Source: Sphaerodactylus townsendi (Eukaryota). From it: 64,000 nucleotides of DNA. The translations under genes and the position numbers were made by a program. The first letter of the stretch is position 1, and each line of letters begins with the position of its first letter. The notes beneath the pieces were generated by a model. It was not told the origin of the DNA. It was given only the letters and a program-made list of their open reading frames with translations, and made no database searches. The DNA lies in contig NC_059432.1 in the NCBI RefSeq assembly GCF_021028975.2, forward strand, positions 54,188,001-54,252,000. Reading direction: 5' to 3'. Shown here one piece after another: positions 51,610-63,568 of this stretch.

Positions 51610-51699
51610 CTAGTTCTTTAACAGAGTGATCTCAGGAACTTTATCTTCACCAAAACGATCTTTCAGAAGAAAAGAGAGAATTGCTTCAAGTGTTGCAAC
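51610..51699 (-). CDS. TDRD1: TDRD1 last coding exon (stop TAG)
   Basis: VATLEAILSFLLKDRFGEDKVPEITLLKN*. Acceptor TCCTCCCCTAG, phase 0. Resembles the mammalian VEKHEHILLFLLN... terminus as I recall it. Confidence 0.82.
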   Translation of the reverse strand, partial: VATLEAILSFLLKDRFGEDKVPEITLLKN

Positions 51700-54600
51700 C
51701 TAGGGGAGGACAAAGAATTCTAGCAGTTATAATGGGACTTTAAGATACACTCAGATCAACAGTTTTTCACCCTTTTCACTACAGAAAAGTCACATGTGGT
51801 CGTGACCAAGTTCATGTTTTGTTTTATTACTATATACACCAAGAGTATACAACCTGAGGCCCGGGGCTGGATGCGCCACCTTGAGAGGGCTTATTAGGCT
51901 TGTGAGCCAGACAAGGCAACCCCCCTCGCTGCCCTCACTCCAGCCTGGCAAGCCTGCTAAGGCCTCGCACCCACCCACGATCCACTCCAATCTGGCCTGG
52001 TAAGCCTGCTGTGGGCTGGCTAGTCCAGGCACCCTCCCTCTCCCAATACAAGGCACCTACCCGCTCCCGACTTGTCCTGCAGAGCTACCCACCCCCCAGT
52101 GCTCATCTGGGCTGACGAGCCTGCTGTGGCAGCCCCCCCACCTTGAGTGCCAACCACTTCTCCCAGTGCTATCTTCTATTTCTATTTCATTTTTGAGGCT
52201 TATTATTTTAAGCTAAGTTTAGGTTTGAAGTTTAGGATAAGCTAAGCTCAGTTTACTTTAATCATTCATCATAGACATCCTGCTAATTTTTTTAGTCCTT
52301 GCTATTTTCTAATCAGTTGATGGCACCCAGAGTGAGGTTGGGTGTTATGAAAGTAGTTATTTGTTCAGGCACGCTACTGGTTCCACATTAGAGTACTGTT
52401 CAGAACCTTCTATATCTAAGCTAAAAATATTTATAGTTGCTTCACCTGTTTTGAGGCAGAGAGTGCCACAGTTCACATCTCAATAGGCAGAGCCATGACT
52501 TCATACTTCGTAAACCCTAGAACACAGCTGTCCAAAGAAACACCTGTATGGTGTTATATGCATCACTCTCACATACAAACAACAGTATGAGTGCATGTAC
52601 CTGTGAATCCTTTCCTCCATGTTTGTTTCTGTAGCATTTTGTAGACATATTGTTTGGGCCAAATGGACTCATTGGTAAAGTCCAATAAGCTTTGACATCT
52701 GCTAAAAATTCCAGCAGAGAGATGGAAGCCTCCAATTCTCAGAGAAAAATCACTCCCTCATCCTTTAATGTGGACCCTCCATCTCACAGAATGGTGTAAG
52801 TCTATGAACCTATAGAGTTATAAATGCTGTTGATGTCCTTCAGATATAACATGGGACAAAGGCTTCCATCCCAGTCTATGTTGATAAAGTAATGAAAATA
52901 ACCACCTGTGGAGCTTTGAACAGAATTGATTTTTGAAAGCAGGATTGGGCTTGGGCGCGTGATCTTAAGGATGACTGAAAATGTAAGCAAAATAAATTCA
53001 GTGGCGTAGCTTACACACATTGACAGTGAAACCTAGCCATCCAGAGTCATGCACTCTGAGGCTGGACAAATAAAGGACTGATTGGAGAGTCAAAGGCTAT
53101 ACTTTTAGGATGTGGAGAATTCAGAATGCTGCAAAGTGAACCTGTCTTTAGAAGAGGATAACAGAGAAATCTGAAAAACTTGCAGAGGACAGGAATACAC
53201 CATTCCATTCTTATTTCTCTCCTTCCCTACCCTGAAAAAAGCACGATATACATCCAAACTCTTCTCTTCTTCTTTCTCTGTTTCTCCTTCCTTGTTGCTG
53301 CTTTCTCACTTTCTTAGCAGTGAAAGGTTTGGGACAGAGAGGGCACAAGACACAGTGTAAACAGGTTGTTCTGGGTGTTCTGTGCTCCAGGCTGCCACTG
53401 TTGTAGGTTGTGATTGAGAAGGAAAGATCCTCAGTTCCAGACACCCAAGAAGTGGGGGTGGGTGGTGGTGGAAAGAGGCTGGGATGTTGGAACTTGGAGG
53501 GGACCAGGCAGAGAGAGAAGGCAGGAACTGAGAAGGGAATAATAACCTTCTTTCTACTCAAACCCTCCCCATTACTACCTGACTCCTTGCCATCAGTGTC
53601 TCTCTTCTTCTCCCTTGTCTTGCTTCAGTACCATCCAGCTACTACTGCAGCATGTTGCCACACTGCTTTACAGTATGATGGCTGAGATCTCATGACATTG
53701 TCACAACATTTTTTTCTCCTTTTATACATCCCCTTAACTTTTGGCTTTTAGATTTTTGTGCAAACCTGGGGGTTCCCTTGAGTTTGCTGAAAATTCCTTC
53801 TTTGCACATTGTCCCTATCATGTTGACTTTAAAATATATACTCTGAGGCCATGTTCAAAAATGGATAAATTGGTTTGCAAAAACAGGAAATACAGAATAT
53901 GCTAACAGATGGTATTGGCGTACAAAATGGCTGATGCAAGCTTTTAAATATGGTCCTAATACAACCACTGTCTGGAGTCATTCCCACAGAATAAGCATCA
54001 GATTAATTAATGGCTTTGTTCAAGAATGTCATCCATCTTAATGTTAAATAAACTCTCATCATTGTTCCTCTTGAAGGTTAAAACAGTAAAGCAGAACTAG
54101 GTATGCCTATACAGGACCTTTAAGGCATAGTCAGTGATGAATTGTGGCATTGTTTTCTGTGCCAAATAGCCTTACTTTAGGAAACAGCAGCAAGGTCCTT
54201 CCTGTTTCAGATATGATCCAATAGAAAATCTTTTTCCACAGTAAATATTGATAGCAGACCGCAACGCCAGATGCAGCAGAAAAGAAGTATTTCACCTTCT
54301 ATCATCAAGAAGTAAGAGTGAAGGCATGGCTCTATTTACTGAAGCATACGGAGTGGCACCTTAAGGCACCTTAAAATGTTTCTGGTTTAGCTACAGAGGA
54401 TTCTGAATGTAGCTCTGTACAAGCACAGGATTCAGCTGTATGCCTGCAGAGATCACTAAGAGGTTATTTTGTTCCTACTCAGCTCTCAGCTAGAAGCAAT
54501 ATTAAGGACTTCCGAGCCCAGTTGAATCCGACTAATGGTTCAGGACCTTGATCCTTCACAGTGGCCAACAAGATGCACCCAGAAAGCTCGTAAGTAGGTG

Positions 54601-54864
54601 TTCCCTTTCAGCCTCCCACAGCAATTATGTATTCAAAGAATCAATGAAAAATTAAAGCTTCACTTCAGTAAATGGACAAGACAGTTAACTTATTTACTGC
54701 AATGTCTCATTTTACAGCAATAATTATCTTATTAAGTATATAAATGAATGGTCTGATTGCTTTTTGTCCATTTTGCAGACATGTGCACTGTTAAACCATG
54801 TTCACTGGCTAAACAAGCAATCAGTATTAAAAACAAACTGGGCTTATTCTGGACTGAAACTTAC

Positions 54865-54911
54865 TTGCTTCTGTAACTCTGTACAACAACAGCTAGTCTT
54901 CTTTGCACACT
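54865..54911 (-). CDS. TDRD1: TDRD1 penultimate exon
   Basis: QCAKKTSCCCTELQKQ, containing the characteristic TDRD1 CCCTELQKQ motif. 47 nt, TAG/GTAAGT boundaries. Confidence 0.92.
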
Positions 54912-55089
54912 CTACAAAGAAACAAATATAATTACTTAAATATATCTAGATACATACTATGAGCAGGTCTGAAGACAAACACTGTGAGAAGTGGCCAGTT
55001 CTATAAATCATGTGTTTGTTCTCTGACAGGTAACATTCCAAACTAAACAGTAAATAAGTGATAATAAATAACATTCCACAAATACTTAC

Positions 55090-55299
55090 GATTCTCACTG
55101 TTGCTGTATTTTGCCAGATTTTCGATTACCAGCTGGTCAGCTACATTCAGAATATTATTTTCACAAATTTTATTCATTATTACTGCACGAGTATTTTCAC
55201 TAACTTTTTTCACCATGATAGTCACACGCTCATTCAGTAAGAGAGCCTTTAGCCTCTCTGTTGCAGATGCAGACCACTTTCCATCCAGTTCCATAATTC
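55090..55299 (-). CDS. TDRD1: TDRD1 exon (C-terminal part of extended Tudor domain 4)
   Basis: GIMELDGKWSASATERLKALLLNERV...LAKYSNSEN. 210 nt. Confidence 0.92.
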
Positions 55300-56322
55300 C
55301 TAGAAAACAAATAATTCCACTTTGGCTTACTGAATTATTGGAACTGTTCACCATGCCCTTAATTTAAAACTACAAGGAAAATGTGCAAGATGGACTAAAG
55401 TAGTGACTATGTCCGTTCAAGATTTTTCTTCAGAAGTTGTTTCTAACGCATCCTATCTGAAATTGATGGAGGGTCAAAATACAAGGGACACAGGTCCATC
55501 CCATGACCACTGATGACATTTTAAAAGCCTCTGTGGTTTTTTTATAAATTGCTACAAGATCCTAATCGGGATCAGGCAAGTGGTGGCCCCAGGATTTTTT
55601 GGATTGTTCCTCCCATGCCATTTCAACTGTAGAAACGGTGTGTGCATGTTCTTCTGTTAACATTAAGTGTGAATAGCCGGTCTCAGAACAACAACAGTCA
55701 AGGTATGGATAGCAAAGATACAGAGTATTGTGTGTATTCATCTTTATTTTGTTTCCTTGCTCAATACACTGCTGCGTACAGTGTGTGTGAGGACATTATT
55801 TCTTATTACTTTAAATATATTGATAGTTTGTTCTCTTTAATTACATTAAGCTCTACTCAATCATGTTACTAAAAGAGTGCTGGGGAAAGGAGGTGGATGG
55901 TAAGATCACTAAACCCCAGAGTGTGCAAGTACACTAAGTTGTCCCTGAGGTAACAACTTGAAACTGGAGGGAGACTCAGGTTCCAGCCCAGGAGGAACAG
56001 TCACACTGCAGTTTTGCAGACTATCCTCCCCTCTGTGGAAACCTTAGTAGAAAGATATTACAAAGTCTCTGAAATCAAAACAATCTGGAGAAAGTTCTCA
56101 AAAGTAATTCAATTTATTTTAGCAGACTAGGAAAATTTAATATTTCTGCAAGATTGTCCACATGTATTCAACCATATTCCTAACAATTACTTTAGTTCAA
56201 GAGATATGGATAACACTGCCTATTAGCACACAAAGGCTTTATACTCATATCCCTAGAAAACCATAGAGGCATGTAAATATAGAATCTTGTTATTTAAAGA
56301 ATTGCACTGGGTAGTTTACTAC

Positions 56323-56490
56323 CTGCAAGGGAGCACTTAAGTATTTGAAAAGGCAGTTCCAAGTAGGGGGCAGTTATAGGTATCAGCCTAGAAAGCGGTA
56401 AAATCTCCATATTTCCATAATCTGCATATGCCACTTTCACTTCTGACACAAAAACTTCCAGAACAATAGCGCGGTACCAACGGTCATCAC
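56323..56490 (-). CDS. TDRD1: TDRD1 exon (Tudor 4 core)
   Basis: GDDRWYRAIVLEVFVSEVKVAYADYGNMEILPLSRLIPITAPYLELPFQILKCSLA. 168 nt. Not in the ORF track. Confidence 0.95.
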
Positions 56491-57129
56491 CTGAAAAGGA
56501 GTTAAAAAACTGTCAATGTTTGGTTTGAACAGCTTGCCATGATATACATAAAATCACCCAATTGCTTTTCCCTATTGTTCAAAAGTTTCTTTTAAACATC
56601 TTCAAATGAGTACGTGATAAACCAGTATTTTCCCTAACAAACAACATTCACAAATTTAGTAGCTCAATAAAATTTTCTTTAGGTATTATATCCTATCATT
56701 TGGCAACTGTTTTAGTTGATACATCTGTCAATCTTATCTACAGAATTTTACACTACTTGACTGAAGCAAAATGAAGAAACTGCTGAATGCAAAGCCCATT
56801 TTCCCAGACCCAGTCATAAGCAGGTAAACATCTCTGGAATACAGAACGGTTACAGCCATTGACCCAAAATCAGACTGCAATATCTGTGGGAACTGATATT
56901 CAGATTTTAAAAAGACAGGAGCTGTCAAGTGAGATCATAATGAGGAAGAAGTGGTCATTCTTCTTATTGGTTGTACTTCTGTGCTGACACCACTGGGATG
57001 AAACAGATGCCCTATAAGTTATTGGAAGAGACCCTACTTGTGTGGGAATAGAGTCCAGGTGGTGCACATAAAAAAATTCAGAACAATTAAAAACATTTAA
57101 AATTACAAAGTAATTCAATAAAAACACAT

Positions 57130-57450
57130 AAACACTAGTCAAGGAAGGTTAATAACCATTACTGGAAGTATGTCAAATGAAACCAAATATCTTCACCAAC
57201 TGGTGGAAAAAAGTGATGGGGGAGACAGACAAATCTTCGTGGGGAGGGAATTCCAAAGGTTTGGTGCCACTATTGAGAAAGTCTTTCTCAGGTTACCACT
57301 GCCGCAAATGGCAGTTGCATCCAAAGAAAGGTCTCTTAAAATAACTGCAGTGAGTATTTATGGATAAGGTGGTCCTTAAGGCATACAGGTCCCAGGCCAT
57401 ACAGGATCCATACCAGCATCTTGAATTGATCCTAGAAGCACACTGGTAAC
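57130..57450 (-). mobile_element. L2-like 3' fragment
   Basis: GGGAGGGAATTCCAAAGGTTTGGTGCCACTATTGAGAAAG, similar to the L2 3' region at 30.9 kb. Confidence 0.55.
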
Positions 57451-57499
57451 CGTGTTTGTGAAACAAGCTTGGGCAGATGCACTCAGCCCCTGTGGTTAA

Positions 57500-57900
57500 A
57501 GATGGGGAAAGGATTGATGCATTTGGGTGGAGGTGTATACTGCATCTGCCATGAACCTGAGAATTGCTAACTTATAGCTATCTGGCAGATTACCAGATAC
57601 AATTTTGGCAGAAGTTGTGGGGCAAAAAATTGGGGTGTTGCTGGAAGAACCTAAAGACGTGTTCGTCAACTGCAGGCTGAGGTGATGAAGTTATCAAAGC
57701 AACAAATTCATGCGAGTAAGTATGCAGCCAAGATGTCTTGTCAGACTATTGTGACCATTATGGTCAGGAGAAGGTACTCTTGGCTGAGGCCGACTATGCT
57801 GTCAAGGGAGTTGCAGCATAAAGTTGAGGAACTCCCATTTTAAGGACTTAATTTGTTTTCAGATGAGATCTTGTCAAAATATGAAGGATGTGCAACCATA
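57500..57900 (+). mobile_element. DIRS-type gag (LAP2alpha-like) remnant
   Basis: KQQIHASKYAAKMSCQTIVTIMVRRRYSWLRPTMLSRELQHKVEELPF*GLNLFSDE matches the RRxxWLR...EDLPFxGxxLF pattern. Confidence 0.65.
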
Positions 57901-58199
57901 GCTGTTAGGTCTTTGGATGTGCAACCATCGATGTCAATGGGTATGTCAGGACATATCCCTCATCAACATTATTACTGCCAGAGGAAACCAAAGCATGATC
58001 AGAGGCCTTACCAATACACATAAGCATCGTCATTAAGGTGGGAGCTATCAGCAATATTCTAAAAAGAATAATTCTGGGAAGTCCAAGAGTTCTAGTAGAT
58101 GTGGGGGAAAAGATTTGTGGGGTTCCGATAAACCTATGTTATGACTAAGTGGGCAGACTGAATTTCTGAGTTACATTCTGTGGGTCTGCACAGAAACCC

Positions 58200-58338
58200 C
58201 GACAATGAACACATGTGATATAACTTCCTTCTCTCTGTGATACACCTCTGATGCCAGCTACAGACGCAGGCAAAACGTTAGGAACAAGATCTACCAGACC
58301 ATAGCCACACAGCCACTGGAAGCCCACACCAACCAGTT
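58200..58338 (+). mobile_element. Penelope pseudo-LTR remnant with a decayed hammerhead
   Basis: CCTCTG---ATGCCAGCTACAGACGCAGGCAAAACGTTAGGA aligns with the reverse complement of 59778-59820. Confidence 0.75.
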
Positions 58339-58352
58339 TCTTTTTTTTTTAC

Positions 58353-58466
58353 CTGAGAATCTGGCACAACAGGCTTCACCAGCTTTTGGTTGGAAGACGT
58401 GATTGTCTTGAGAGGTGGAGTAATCTGCAAGTTGAACCATTAATTTATGCAGCTTCTGTGGGTCCA
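58353..58466 (-). CDS. TDRD1: TDRD1 exon (lead-in to Tudor 4)
   Basis: VDPQKLHKLMVQLADYSTSQDNHVFQPKAGEACCARFS. 114 nt, phase 1-1. Confidence 0.93.
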
Positions 58467-58850
58467 CTAAAATGGAATAAAAGTTTGAAATTTTATACAT
58501 TCCACTGCACCTTGCCCAAAAAATCAAAGCCTTCTACTAGAAAATATACATTTATAACATTCAGAAGCAACAAACCTTATTGCTTTGAAAACACATACAT
58601 AACAGAGCAGTACATTATTCCAGAAAGATTTTAATACATCTGTATACTGCCAAGACATTTCTGAGGTGATCAGCAGTATATTACATTTTAAAACATCAGC
58701 TATAATGAAACAGAATAAAAGTAGCAGAATGAAAAAATTAAAAGCTATAGACAGCTTCAAAGCTAGAAAGCAAAAAACAAAGCCCAGTAAAGAAGTTGTT
58801 ACTGTAAAAAAAAATCAACAGAAAACCTTGTCCCATCCCCACCCCCTTTG

Positions 58851-59380
58851 AGTGGCTTAAATGGTGGCAAACCACTGGCATCTTGTGTGACAAGAAAATG
58901 CCTGAACACTTCAAGGCCAAAATCTACAAAACAGTTGTTTGCCCAGTAGCACTGTACGGAGCCGAATGCTGGCCAGCAACAAGAGAACATGAACAAGCCC
59001 TTCATGTCATGGAAATGAGGATGCTTCAATGGATGCTAAACCTGACGCTGTTTGACCATGTGTCGAATGATGACATCCAGCAAAGACTTAAAATAACACC
59101 AATTGACCAGTACATGAGGCAGGCATGGCTAAGGTGGTATGACCACGTCATACGCTGTGAGGAAACATCAGTAGCAAAGACAGCCCTGCACCTTGAACCT
59201 GGTGGATGCCGCCCACGTGGCAGACCAAAAAATGGTGGATGGACACAGTCAATGAAGACCTGCAAGCAAAGAACCTTACCCAAGAAAACACTCAATATCG
59301 TGACCCTTGGAAGAGACAGTTACAAAACTGACCCTGCATGTGCAGGAAACCAGTTCGGGGGGAGGAGGAGGAGGAGGAGA
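58851..59380 (+). mobile_element. 5'-truncated RTE-clade LINE (RTE-1 type)
   Basis: TGILCDKKMP..KAKIYKTVVCPVALYGAECWP..EMRMLQW..LRWYDHV..RPRGRPK, followed by a (GGA)n tail. Confidence 0.9.
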
Positions 59381-59692
59381 TAATGATGAGGAAGCTACTG
59401 CATGAGCAAAGTGTAACAACAGAGGAGGCATTTCTCTTTAGTAGTGATCCTCCCTGTTTCTAAGACCACAGAATACAGAACAAAGCATATCTTAACTGTC
59501 AAGCAGAGAATATCACTTTAAATGAACCACTGGAGTTCTTTTAACATTAGTAGGCTGTGTTCCCCATCATTAGTGCCAGTTAGTTGTCTTGCTGTGATAT
59601 TTAGCACCAACTGAAATTTCCAAATTATTTCAAGGACAATTACCTAAAGTGGATATAATGAAGGCAGGGATAGCTGCGGACAAATCATGCAC

Positions 59693-61132
59693 TGTATTGT
59701 CGAAGGCTTTCACGGCCGGAATCACTTGGGTGCTGTGTGGTTTCCGGGCTGTATGGCCGTGTTCTAGCAGCATTCTCTCCTGACGTTTCGCCTGCATCTG
59801 TGGCTGGCATCTTCAGAGGATCTGATGTTGGGAAAGCAAGTGGAGTATATATATCTGTTGGAGTGTCCAGGGTGGGTGGAGAAACCTTGTCTGTGAGTAA
59901 CAAAGAAGGCAGCCAGGTCAATAGTTGAGGGCATCTGAATAGAAGTATAAGTAACAATGAAGACTATAGCATGGGCGTAACACTGGAGCTAGCAAGGTCA
60001 CTGGTGGGAGCATCTGAATAGAAGTATCCTGGCCTTTGTTTCTTTTGTCTATGGTCATCCTGTGTTTGTGTGGAGCTGGTTAGACACTGTCTTGACTCTA
60101 GTATTTTTCAACACTGGCAGCCAAGTTCTGTTCATTTTCATAGTTTCTTCCTTCCTGTTAAAATTGTCCATGTGCTTATGGATTTCAATTGCTTCTCTGT
60201 GTAGTCTGACGTAGTGGCTTTCAGAGTGGTCCAGAATTTCTGTTTTTTTCAAATAATATTCTATGTCCAGGTTGGTTTATCATGTGTTCTGCTATTGCTG
60301 ATTTTTCTGGCTGAAATAGTCTGCAGTGCCTTTTGTGTTCTTTGATACATGTCTGCGCGCTGCGTTTGGTGGTTCCTATGTAGACTTGTCCACAGCTGCA
60401 TGGTATGCGATAGACTCCTGCAGTAGCTAAAGGATCCCTCTTATCCTTTGCTGAACGTAGCATCTGTTGAATTTTCTTAGTGGGTCTGTAGATTGTTTGT
60501 AGGTTGTGCTTCTTCATCAGTTTTCCTATGCGATCAGTGGTTCCCTTGATGTATTGTAAGAACACTTTCCCTCTAGATGGCTCTTTATCTTTGTTCATGT
60601 GGCTTGTTCTTGGTCTTGCAGCCCTTCTGATTTCTGTATTAGAGTAACCATTAGCCTGTAGAGCCCTGTTTAGGTGATTCAATTCATCTTGTAGGAGGTG
60701 AGGTTCACAGATTCTGTTTGCGCGATGTACCAAAGTTTTTGTAGTGCTCCTTTTTTGCCCTGGATGGTGATTGGAATTTCTGTGTAGATATCTGTCTGTG
60801 TGCGTAGGTTTTCTGTATACTGTGTGTCCCAATTGCTGGTTTGGTTTGCGGATGACTAAAACATCTAAAAATGGCAGTTTTCCTGGATACTTCAGCCTCA
60901 GAGAGTTGCCTCTCAGTCAAAGATCTGAGTCAAAGACTGAGTTGCCTCTCAGTCAAAGATCTCAATTCTGATTCAGAAATCATCATTCTACCAGCAGATA
61001 AAGGTAATGCCACGGTTATCATGGAAACAGACCAATACAAAGAATAGCTAATTTTTATATGGAACATTTTGAGAAACAAGCCCTGAAAATCCAATTTACT
61101 ATGGAGAAAGAAAATGAAGGAAAACTGCCATT
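59693..61132 (-). mobile_element. Penelope-like element (RT C-terminus, GIY-YIG endonuclease, pseudo-LTR) with an inverted 5' part
   Basis: GKLPFLDV, VYRKPTHTDRYL and GVYRIPCSCGQVYIGTTKR..IKEH on the minus strand. Plus-strand RT fragments at about 60957-61132. Confidence 0.93.
59778..59820 (-). ncRNA. Minimal type I hammerhead ribozyme in the Penelope pseudo-LTR
   Basis: UCCU CUGAAGA U GCC-agccacagaugca-GGC GAAA C GUC AGGA. It has the CUGANGA and GAAA cores, helix I UCCU/AGGA, helix II GCC/GGC, a palindromic helix III and a GUC cleavage triplet. Confidence 0.8.
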
Positions 61133-61500
61133 ATCAACCAATAGTATCACAGTCTCAACTACACCCATCTTCAGTTTGTTGGTGTTAATCCAACCCATTA
61201 CCATGTCTCTTAGTTCACTCCACTCTTCTGAAACTGAGAATAAGAGTTGGATGATTCTCTGCATAATAGTGGTAGATCACTTCAGTGCTCCAGATAAGCC
61301 CTCTGCCAGTTTCACATAAAAGTTAAACAGCACAGACAACAAGGCAGAACCCAGTAGAAAACTTTGATAAATGTCACAAGACTTAAGAAACAGTCTTCTA
61401 GAACCACCTTCTAGGTAGCCAGACAGGATCTGAACCAAAGCATGTAGTCAAACGCACATTTCAACCAACCAACTTAGGAGTTGACATATCAAAAGCTTAC
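61133..61500 (-). mobile_element. L2-like RT fragment
   Basis: MGWINTNKLKM and a neighbouring GSALLSVLFNFYVK-like sequence. Confidence 0.6.
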
Positions 61501-61637
61501 AAAATACCCAGGAAGACATTTGGGGCACAGATTTGTTTCAATTTAGTTTAGATGCAGAACTGCTTGGATTTTTAAACTTAAGGCAATCATATTATGAAAA
61601 TAATACTTTTGTCAGAATAGCATACTTGGGATCATAC

Positions 61638-61757
61638 CTTTGGCTTCTGTTGGTACTACATATATTAAGCCAGGGTTTATCACTTCTAACACACGGACAG
61701 ACACAGCTTTATTAACTGGAATGTCTTCTGTTGTCCACTGTGTGTATAAAGACATTT
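61638..61757 (-). CDS. TDRD1: TDRD1 exon (N-terminal strands of extended Tudor 4)
   Basis: EMSLYTQWTTEDIPVNKAVSVRVLEVINPGLIYVVPTEAK. 120 nt, phase 1-1. Confidence 0.9.
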
Positions 61758-62339
61758 CTGAAATATAAGACAAATATAAGACAGTTTAAAAAGATGTCAT
61801 GGTTATATGCGTAGCAAGCTTTCACTTAAAAATACAATTTATTGAAGCAATCAGTCAGTGATGGAGAAAAATGGGCTGTTCTAATCTGAATAATACAACA
61901 AACCTCATACATGGCTCAGCATCCTCTACATTAGTAGACAGCATGAGAAGCTACTACAAGGAATGGAGAGAGAACAAGTAATCTGCAAGGTGAAAAGACA
62001 GGTTTACGCGAGTCATGTATGAACATCCACTTTCCTGCGATGGCCCTTCATGCTGCTAGGACATATATGGGACACAAAAATGTTCTGCAAATGGGCACTA
62101 CAGCAGTACTAAATTGGATCTTTCATGCATAACAATATTCTAAATCTTCAGTGTGTTTCTTAATTTATGTTGCAAATGTTATTTTCTCTATCATGAAGCA
62201 GAATTAAAATATTTTAACACTTAAAATTAAAAATGTATGACAAATTGTTCATGTGATCCAGCAGATAAAATACCTAAAGTGACATAAAGAGAGGGCCTTG
62301 GGTGCTACAAGATAACCTGGAGGAGCTGCAGAAGCATCT

Positions 62340-62840
62340 AATAGTTCCACTTTTATTCTGTACTAGTTAGACCTCAAGTGGAGTACAGTGACCAGCACTG
62401 GGCTTCATACTTGAAGATGTAGACAAATGGAAAAAATATTCAGAAGAGGGCAATGAAGATGACAAGGAGTCTGGAAAGCAAATTATGATACAGGGCTGGG
62501 AGAACTAGGTATCGTTGACCTGGATCAAAGAAACCTAATGGGACCCAGGATGGTGCTCTTCAGCTACTTTAAGGGCTGTCACATGAAAGGAGACAAAGAC
62601 TTGTTCTCTGCCCTACGAGAGATTAAGATTAGATCAGATAGGTTTGTGTTAAAAGAAAATTTGGAAAGTACAGTTCAACAATGGAACCAACAGAGGAAGG
62701 TCTTCCTTGCTAACGGTCTTTAATCGAAGGCTTAGTAGCCATTGTCAGGAATTATTCAGTTTAGAAATTCAGTTTAGAAATTCCTATACTGCATACGTTA
62801 GAATGGACAGCCTGGATGGCCCCTTCCAATTCTAAACCAC
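62340..62840 (+). mobile_element. Old CR1 3' fragment
   Basis: YSVLVRPQVEYSDQHW-like motif and a terminal CCCTTCCAATTCTA. Confidence 0.7.
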
Positions 62841-63310
62841 ATTCAGGCAATTTGTGGAGCCAATCATGTTAAACATTTATGCTCTGCAATACTACTTTTA
62901 AGAAGCCGAGGAATTTTTTTTAGCTGTCACGTTTGATGTTAGTAAGTGCTGCAGAAATAAAAATTACTTTCTAAACTTGTAGCTGCTTTAACCAAAATTC
63001 AGTATAACTTTGTACAAAGCAATATAGTCTTAACAGTGTGGCAACTTAAGGAGTTCTGTAACATTTATTTTCCATTCTGAACTTGTGTTATTATTAAAAT
63101 GCATTACTGGTCTCATGTCTTCAGCTTATCAAGAAATACCTAACTACATTCTTATTTCCATCATTTACCAAGGCATATCCATGAAGCAGTATGTCCTGTT
63201 TTTATTACTAAATCCCAAGAATTTTCAAGCCATTTCACAAGTACAACCCAACATATAAGCCTAAAGAACAGACAAACCTTATGTGGTTTTCATGTTAAAG
63301 TATTAATCAC

Positions 63311-63568
63311 CTTGGAAATCAGCAGCTTCTTGGAAATCAGCCAGCAGAACATTCTGATTTGATGATCCTTCCTTTATTAAAGTCAAACATTTATTAATTA
63401 AAATTTCACTGATCATTAGGGGACTGCCAGCAGAATTGTCAATAAGCTCCACTTCAGTACCCTCTGTGGTTAGAGAAACTACTTTGGCTTGAAGCTTCTT
63501 CCCAGCTGTGCACATTTGAAATGCCACTGCAGCTTCTGTGGTCCACTCCTTGTTTATGGGTCTTACAC
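63311..63568 (-). CDS. TDRD1: TDRD1 exon (C-terminal part of extended Tudor 3); the gene continues beyond the window
   Basis: GVRPINKEWTTEAAVAFQMCTAGKKLQAKVV...ADFQ. 258 nt, phase 1-1. Confidence 0.92.

Noticed and set aside
10727-62780. Many isolated 10-21-bp tandem duplications (for example at 10727, 29647, 40430, 54356 and 62756)
   Set aside because: Ordinary slippage or repair duplications with no shared motif.
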